Below are positions 56,140-64,000 of a DNA stretch of 64,000 nucleotides, one piece after another (the first letter of the stretch is position 1; each line of letters begins with the position of its first letter). Under the pieces are notes generated by a model. That model searched no databases. It was not told where the DNA came from and saw only the letters and a program-made list of their open reading frames with translations. The translations under genes and the position numbers were made by a program. This DNA comes from Octopus vulgaris (Eukaryota): assembly GCA_951406725.2 (NCBI GenBank), contig OX597820.1, positions 42,966,001 to 43,030,000 of the forward strand, in the 5' to 3' direction.

Positions 56140-56702
56140 GTTTTAACATCATCCCTTTCGAAATAACACCTTGCGCAGCAATATACTACTCTCAGCGTTC
56201 ATGGACTTTTGGAATTCGGCCTGGAAGTAATTTTCTGAAAGCGAGTCGAGGATCTTCTGCGATTCCCTCTTCATCTCCACAACGGATTTAAAATGGCAAC
56301 CTTTCAGCTACATTTTAATGTCTTCCTGATCGCTCATCGTCTTCCAGGGACGTTTTTTTTCCGTTTTTGAAGCACCCGTGCCATTGGAAACATTGTGTAT
56401 GACCCATTACTTCGTCGCCGTAAGCTTGCAAAAACATGCTCAATGTCTCTATAAAAGACTTCCCAAGTTTAACTCATAACTTCAGGTTGGCTCTGTTCCA
56501 ATTTCTATGACAAAAATAGCAGACTACATACAGAATACACGTCATCACAAAAATACAAATTTCACAACTTACGAAGTAAGCAGAGAAATGTCACTAGACA
56601 TACAGCCTCATGCATTAGTTCTCAATGCGCTTGCAACCGTGTGCTACCATCCGTTGGCGCGCTACAGAACTAGTCCTGGGAACTTTTTGATACCATCTTG
56701 TA
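56140..56702 (-). mobile_element. Internally deleted mariner fossil
   Basis: Minus strand has C-terminal CIAAQG.YFE-like and N-terminal W...F.NG relics; mariner-like end TACAAGATGGTATCAAAAAGTTCC. Confidence 0.6.
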
Positions 56703-57031
56703 TATCACCATTTTACATCTCTTGTTTCGTGTTAAACAGAGGCTTCCGTGCTGTTTAGGAAAATATTTCATTTGTACATGAAACGGCACATGATTGAGAA
56801 CGTGCATTAGAAATCTATTGCATTAACAGATTGAATCAGGTTCGAACCAGCTTTGTGGAATCCTGAGAAAAGCAGTTTTGTAACGTAACCTTGGGTTGAA
56901 CAAAGTTTTGCGATTGGAGATAGAACTTGTCTGTAAATCACAACGCAAACACACGCACACATATGCATACATACAGAGATAAAGAAAGACAGAGCGAGCG
57001 AGAGAGACACTTTTATTCGCTTTTCCACTTT

Positions 57032-57066
<35 letters not shown>

Positions 57067-57174
57067 ATGTACGTACCCTTCGTGAATGTACATTTCCACA
57101 TTACGTAATTGTCGACTAAAAATAACTGCTTCTCGATAAATATACATTAGTTTATTACGTGTATCATATTACAG

Positions 57175-57399
57175 AACATCCTGTGTTACTTGAGATGTGG
57201 AGTAAACCTGACCGACGGAATGCTTCCTGGAAGCCACTGGCAGTTGATGCATCTGTGCTCTGTTGGATGTACAGAAACAAAAGGCACAATATGTTCTGGG
57301 CGAAAGTTGCAGGGACTACACGAGAGTTTGTTAGCTCTTATGAGCTAGAAAAGCGAGAGGAATCCTACAAACACCACACAGACCAAAACAGAGAACTCG
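57175..57399 (+). CDS. Candidate 225-nt phase 1-1 exon of an unidentified protein
   Basis: TTACAG| acceptor, open frame HPVLLEMWSKPDRRNASWKPLAVDASVLCWMYRNKRHNMFWAKVAG...QNREL, G|GTGGGT donor. Confidence 0.3.
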
Positions 57400-57499
57400 G
57401 TGGGTTCCGTTTGGTCTACATATGCTTTCGAGTTGTGCATATACTGTATCTTCTGAAAGTTGTATCTTGGTCTCCATTTTCTTGATAATATTCAGATTC

Positions 57500-58360
57500 A
57501 GAGCTTGTACGTCTCTCTAAGTAAGACCAGGTTGTTAATAGCCCACACACGTTCAGTGTCCAAAAATTGTTGCAGATGACGCAACACGAGCGTGTCTGCG
57601 CATCAGAAGCCACGTACACCTAAGCTGCCATGTAAAGGGTGCTAGCAGCAAACTGAAATCCTGAACATTGGAAAATAAAAAAGAGACGCTCCAGCCTGTA
57701 ACTATAGCAATGCACGACGGGCAGGCAATAAATGATGATGTAGGCATTAGCCAGGTCGGCCCCACGTTTTAGGAACAACTTCCTCTCTGTCTATTTCCGG
57801 GTAAGATTGGCCACCCTGTTCGTGTGCCTAGTTACATTTCTGTGTTCACTTCGTAAGTTGGGAAATTTGTGCTTTTGTACAGCGTCCGACGATGTTGTCA
57901 GACGGCATCAACCTGTCTCTCCAGGTGCCCAGTCGCAAACCCACTGAGTTGGCGTAGGCCTTGTCGCCTTCAACCGATTCATATTCATTTAGAATGGTGT
58001 CAACTGTCTCCATTTCGGAGGCGCTGGACACCATGAGAATGACGTCATCCGCGACTCCTACCCTGACAGTGGCTGTTTATTTTGTTCACGGAACAGTGAG
58101 TTTCGACCCTATCGAATATTTTAGACTGGTCCATATTGATCAGAGCCCCACATACGACGGCTTTAGTCCTAGTTCTCTTTATAATTTATCGCATAAAGTG
58201 GAGCTTGCCGTGGATAGATATCTTTGGCATTTCACACGTTTACACTTCCTCCCAGGTGGAGGGTTGTAAGTTACTCTACTCCCTTTTTCTTTTACAATGT
58301 GTATGGTCAATTTTAAATCTCTCATATCTATGCGGAAACTTCCAGATTGTTTGCAGCACT
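57500..58360 (-). mobile_element. L1/Tx1-like LINE RT fossil with deletions
   Basis: ISIHGKLHFMR, GALINMDQSKIFDRV, ADDVILMVSS, SVGLRLGTW, WLMP motifs. Confidence 0.75.
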
Positions 58361-58609
58361 TACAAAGGAAATCCTCTTTTTTTTCTTTCTTTTCCTAACT
58401 GTAGCAACTGTAGCTGCTGTAGTGGAGTCACCGGTGGTAGTGGTTACGGCGGTGGGGGGTCGTTCACATTTCTTTGAAATATTTTTGTATTTTTACTTCT
58501 TTAAACTTGTTCTTATTGCTGCTGAAGTTTTTGTTGTTACTGGAATTGTCGAGTTGTCGAAACGTATGCAAGATTCTAGAAGCTCCAACAAAACCTGTGA
58601 GAAAGAGGA

Positions 58610-58680
<71 letters not shown>

Positions 58681-58834
58681 GAAACCTTTCTACTGAAGGC
58701 ATAAGGTCTCAAAGTTGGGTTCAGGGGACTAGTCCATTATATCTATCCCAGTGCTTCACTGGGATAGATATAATCTAATTTACCTAATTTATCGACCCCA
58801 AGCAGATGAAAGGCAAATAATGAAAACTTCATAA

Positions 58835-59285
58835 TGTACACGGGCTATAGCAAATATTCTGCTCAATAACTGATTTGCTCATCAATTGATTGACCTTAAC
58901 CAGTTGAGCATGTCTCTTAGTGCACCACTGATCACGAATAGAAGTAGTGGGGTATCATCAAAGCCATGTGTTGAGAGGAATTCTTTGGGGTTTGAATAAT
59001 TCAACCTGGAAACATGGCTGTTTAATTCAACATCCTTAAACAAACCTTATTCAAGGACCTTTTGAGTGGGACGGTTTACTCGACCTGAAGAAAATTCTAA
59101 CTGAGCCGCACCTGCAAGGCCATATGCTGTTTATCTTGATATAAGATCACCTTGTCGTGCACATATAGTTTTGATGCATGTGCCTGGTGCATCTTTATCA
59201 GACGGGTAATCATGATGGATGTATTGGGTTTCGTATATTTGTTCCCCAGTGTCACTTTGATGGCATGCATTGTTCTCTCACTCAA
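58835..59285 (+). mobile_element. 5'-truncated copy of the ~540-bp non-coding TAA-associated element
   Basis: Reverse complement of 60222-60700; ends CTCTCACTCAATAATAA. Confidence 0.8.
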
Positions 59286-60172
59286 TAATAATCATAACAA
59301 CACGAACAACAATACCAACAACAACAACTTAGAGTTATTATAGAGACAATTGAAACTTCTCCATCTTTCCGTTTATATTTCAAGGAAGAAATCATTTTAT
59401 TTGAATATTTTATTCTTTATGAACTGAATGAAATCCTCCTTGTGTTAGAATTGGTTATGTATTACAATGAATAGATGATTCTATTATTAACCATATAAAG
59501 ACATAAAATTGGAAACATGCTTTCAAAAAGGAATTATTCAAGGACATCGAAGTGGATATCGAAACAGATGCACACTGATGGTTTCTTAATCACTTACAAC
59601 TACACCAACTTGCCAATACGATTTGCATAAATGCGTTACAAATTTAGTACTCAGACACGCATCGTTGAACTTTTAAGTGAAAGAATATAAAGTTTAGAAA
59701 CACTGAATCGTTTTACCTAAAGAAAAACTGATCGTAAACGAGGCGTTTGAGTTTACAACCGGGAATAAAAAGTGAGTTTTACGAATATCATAACACCTCC
59801 TTTCGGTGCAAATGTAAATTAAAACGTGTAACTTCTCATGAGGATTAAAATATCCAGTTTTGCTCTATTTTCCTTGCACTTTGTACTTCATCTTCATCTT
59901 TTTGCTGTTCTTCTTCGTTTTTTTCGGGCCTTCTTTGCCTTTTTTTCTTTTTCTTCCTTTTTTCTTCTCTCTCATTCTTTCTTCTTTTTCCTTCTTTCTC
60001 TTTCTTCTTTCTCTCTCCTTTCTTATTTCTCCTTCTTCCTTATTTCTCTTTCTTCTTCCTTCATTCTCCTCCTCCTTCTTCTTCCCCTTCTTCATCCTCC
60101 TCCTCATCCACCTCTTCATCATCTTCCTTCTTCTTCTTCTTCTTCTTCTTCTTATTATTATTATTATTATCA

Positions 60173-60221
<49 letters not shown>

Positions 60222-60222
<1 letters not shown>

Positions 60223-60758
60223 GAGTGAGAGAGCAGTACATGCCATCAAAGTGGCATTGGGGTCAAATATACGAAGCTCAATATACACATCATGATTACC
60301 CGTCTAATAAGTGTATACCAGGCACATGCATCGCAGCTGTATGTGCGCGACATGGTGATCTCACATCAAGATAAACAGCGCGTGCCCTTGCAGATAGGGC
60401 TCAGTATTCTTTATGACCTGTAGCTCATCCAACTTAAAGGGTTGCTTAAGGATGTTGAATAAAACACCTGTGTTTCCAGATGTGAATTATTCAAACTCCA
60501 AAGAATTCCTCTCAACACATGGCTATGATGATTCCCTATTACTTCTGCTCATGCTCACAGATGCACATATGGTCAGCTACCAAAGGACGTGCCCAAATGG
60601 TTACGGTCAGACAACTGACAAGCAGATCTGTGGTATTGAGCCGAATATTTGCTATTGCTCATCTTTTATACGAAGGCAAAACTGTACATTGACAGCACTT
60701 CCTATCAGTTAATATCAGAATCCATGAGAACCACTGCTTGGTACTGCGTCAGGGCATT
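60222..60758 (-). mobile_element. Apparently full-length ~540-bp non-coding element flanked by (TAA)n
   Basis: Four copies in the window; sharp boundaries against TAA repeats on both sides; strand inferred from TAA orientation. Confidence 0.8.
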
Positions 60759-60892
60759 ATTATTATTATTATTACTTTTTCTTTCTTCTTTCAAATCTGC
60801 TTCCATTTCTTGCCGAGTATCTTCCCGACTCCTAGGGCAAAGAAACTCATAGTATACATTGGTAGGCCATTAAACCAAACTTAATCGTTCGT

Positions 60893-60983
<91 letters not shown>

Positions 60984-61211
60984 TATTATTATTATTTTTT
61001 TTTATTTCACTGCTACTACTGCTGCAGTTGCTGCTGCTGCTTCTACTACCTGTACCGCAATTTAGGGAAAATTACTGACCTCTTTTTCCTCTTTCTCTGT
61101 CTCCTCCTCCTCACCATCACCTTAAAATACTAATATTTATAAAATTCTCTTTGTTGTTTAGAGGATGAATGGTGTCTGTGATGAAGTGGTTATTAGCAGT
61201 TATGTTTTCGT

Positions 61212-61644
61212 GTGTTTTTGTAGGAAAATATGGTTTAACCTTCGTCAGAAGCCTGGCTCAAATGCATGTTCATATGTATGAGTGTATGGATGGATGGATG
61301 CATGCATGTGTATGCATATGTGCATGTACGTATGTATGTATGTATGCATGTATGTATGTATGTATGTATGTATGTATGTATGTATGTATGTATGTATGTA
61401 TGTATTTATGTACGTGTGTATGTAAACTTCCGGCATACGTGTATTTCTGCAATACAGTATGAAAAGTACTCCATTTTGTCAGAAATTTGTCTTATATAAC
61501 AAAAGTAAAGCCCTAAACGGTGTTTTTGTAGGAAAATATGGTTTATCCTTCGTCAGAAGCCTGGCTCAAATGCACGTTCATATGTATGTGTGTATGGATG
61601 GATGGATGCATGCATGTGTGTATGCATATGTGCATGTATGTATG

Positions 61645-61676
<32 letters not shown>

Positions 61677-61819
61677 CATGTATGTATGTATGTATGTATG
61701 TATGTATGTATGTGTGTATGTAAACTTCCGACATACGTGTATTTCTGCAATACAGTATGTAAAGTACTCCATTTTGTCAGAAATTTGTCTTATATAACAA
61801 AAGGAAAGCCCTAAACGGT
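61212..61819. repeat. Tandem duplication of a ~300-bp unit containing (TATG)n
   Basis: GTGTTTTTGTAGGAAAATATGG...AAAGCCCTAAACGG occurs twice (61212-61519, 61520-61819). Confidence 0.92.
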
Positions 61820-62057
61820 AATAACATTTCCGCAACTTAAAAGACTGTTACAATTACTACCTGCTTCGTGTATACCCCAAAATATACATACGTTCTAAAC
61901 TTTTGGAATTCTGAAGCCTGACCACAATATATATATCTGCACCATGTCCAATATCACGTTCGCCTACTTCAAAGAATCGAAGCCGAGATCCAAATATTGT
62001 TCCTCTTACTATTCCGAAACTTTGTGTTCCTAGCCTAGCACAACCCTTCCTAAACTC

Positions 62058-62465
62058 TCTTTTACTCTTTTACTTGTTTCAGTCATTTGACTGCGGTCAT
62101 ACTGGAGCACCACCTTTAGTCGAGCAAATCGACCCCAGGACTTATTCTTTGTAAGCCCAGTACTTATTCTATCGGTCTCTTTTACCGAACCGCTAAGTGA
62201 CGGGGACGTAAACACACCAGCATCAATTGTCAAGCAATGCTAGAGGGACAAACACAGAGACACAAACATACACACACATACATATATATATATACATATA
62301 TACGACGGGCCTCTTTCAGTTTCCGTCTACCAAATCCACTCACAAGGCATTGGTCGGCCCGAGGCTATAGCAGAAGACACTTGCCCAAGGTGCCACGCAG
62401 TGGGACTGAACCCGGAACCATATGGTTGGTAAGCAAGCTACTTACCACACAGCCACACCTGCGCC
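62058..62465 (-). mobile_element. Full-length tRNA-derived SINE (26530 family)
   Basis: Reverse-complement match. Confidence 0.9.
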
Positions 62466-62998
62466 TATTCACTTTTATTATCTTTTTCTTAGGAAACATT
62501 CCAATTTTTCCTCTTTCTCAAAACACCTTCTCTCTTTTCCTGCCAAGAAATAATGTATCACTGTCACAAACAACCTCTCAAAGGAGATGGAAACAATTGG
62601 TCACATATTATCTTACATATCGGTACACACTTCTTATGATTTAAGAACTACTTAGGATCTGCTCTTTTATGTCACAAGGTACTGTCGCATGGCTCTTGAG
62701 AAATTCAACGAACATTATTTCGTGGCATTTGATATTATCTCTACATTTGTTGACATTAGACTGTCCTAACTTTTCTTCCCACCACCTAGTTGTGTGTGAG
62801 TCTGTGTGTGCGTGCGTGCATGTGTGTGTATGTGCGTGCGAGTCCGTGTGTATGTATATATGTACGCATGTATGTATGTATGTATGGACGTATATTAAAG
62901 TTTGTCCTTCTGTTCAGTTGTAATAAGAACACTATTACATTAATGAGATTGGTTAGTCTACGCTTTTGAAAAGTACAAATTTATTATACTTTAACAAT

Positions 62999-63402
62999 GG
63001 GCGCAGGAATGGCTGTGTGATAAGTAGCTTGCTTACCAACCACATGGTTCCGGGTTCGGTACCACTGCATGGCACCTTGGGCAAGTGTTTTCTACTATAG
63101 CTTCGGGCCGACCAAAGCCTTGTGAGTGGATTCGATAGACGGAAACTGAAAGAAGCCCGTCGTATATATGTACATATATATGTAGACGTGTGTATATGTT
63201 TGTGTCTGTGTTTGTCCTCCCAACATTGCTTGGTAACCGATGCTAGTGTGTTTACGTCCCCGTAACTTAGTGGTTCGGCAAAAGAGACCGATAGAATAAG
63301 TACTAGGCTCACAAAGAATAAGTCCTGGGGTCGATTTGCTTGACTAAAAACGGTGCTCCAGCATAGCCGCAGTCAAATGACTGAAACAAGTAAAAGAGTA
63401 AG
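62999..63402 (+). mobile_element. Full-length tRNA-derived SINE (26530 family)
   Basis: Direct match. Confidence 0.9.
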
Positions 63403-64000
63403 AAATTATATCAAGAGCAACTTTGAAGTTTCGGTCAGCTGAGCCATCGATCGGACTGCAATGCATTGAAGTTAATCTTGGCTTTATATACTCTCTGTTA
63501 GGTTACAATCTTCCTTTGAGTAGGTTTGAGTGGAGTAGTAATTAGGCTGTAGGTTGTTTTGTGATGGAAAGGTCTTTTAAAGAAAACTCTAATCTTTAAG
63601 TTTGGGTTTTCTGTTATCGTTTAGAATATACACTCATACATGTAAAGCTGTATAAGCTGTTGTGTATGTTGAGGTGTCCCCGCTCCCCACTCAGATCATG
63701 CGTTTGTTTTTAAGTGGTTCACAAAAGGATGTAGGTTAGTAGAGTATGTGCTAGTAGTTTTAGCTACTTCCGGTTTTATTGGTTTTAATTCTTTCCTTTG
63801 TCATTGAAAAGTACCAGTTTTTAAATTTTAGTCCGTTCTTTAAAAACATAGTAATTAAGTACACCAACATTTTTGTAAGGTAATTACAAAGTGTTTTAGT
63901 TGGTCTGTTCTTTATTTCTTATTGTTGTTGTTAGGATATTTCCAGTCTGTATTTAGAGGGTGTGGGTTATTAATCTTATATGTCATGGTGTAGATATTTG

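Overview
AT-rich, microsatellite-saturated animal nuclear DNA, most likely an octopus-type cephalopod (inferred from a COX1/COX2 mitochondrial insertion and abundant tRNA-head SINEs). It is almost entirely intronic or intergenic, and most listed ORFs are microsatellite artefacts. Recognisable content: many R4/Dong LINE fragments inside (TAA)n tracts, CR1/L2, Tx1 and Penelope RT remnants, Tc1/mariner fossils, Helitron-type non-autonomous elements, a deleted LTR retrotransposon with an ATAT target-site duplication, a COX2 NUMT and a few candidate host exons. The main finding is a family of ~330-350 nt non-coding elements carrying a type I hammerhead ribozyme. One copy (48574-48967, minus) has an intact core and one (53316-53734, plus) is decayed. 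Both are slightly longer than one unit and share the same 3' end, as expected for retrozymes copied from a circular or multimeric RNA. All calls were made by eye; no searches or folding programs were run.
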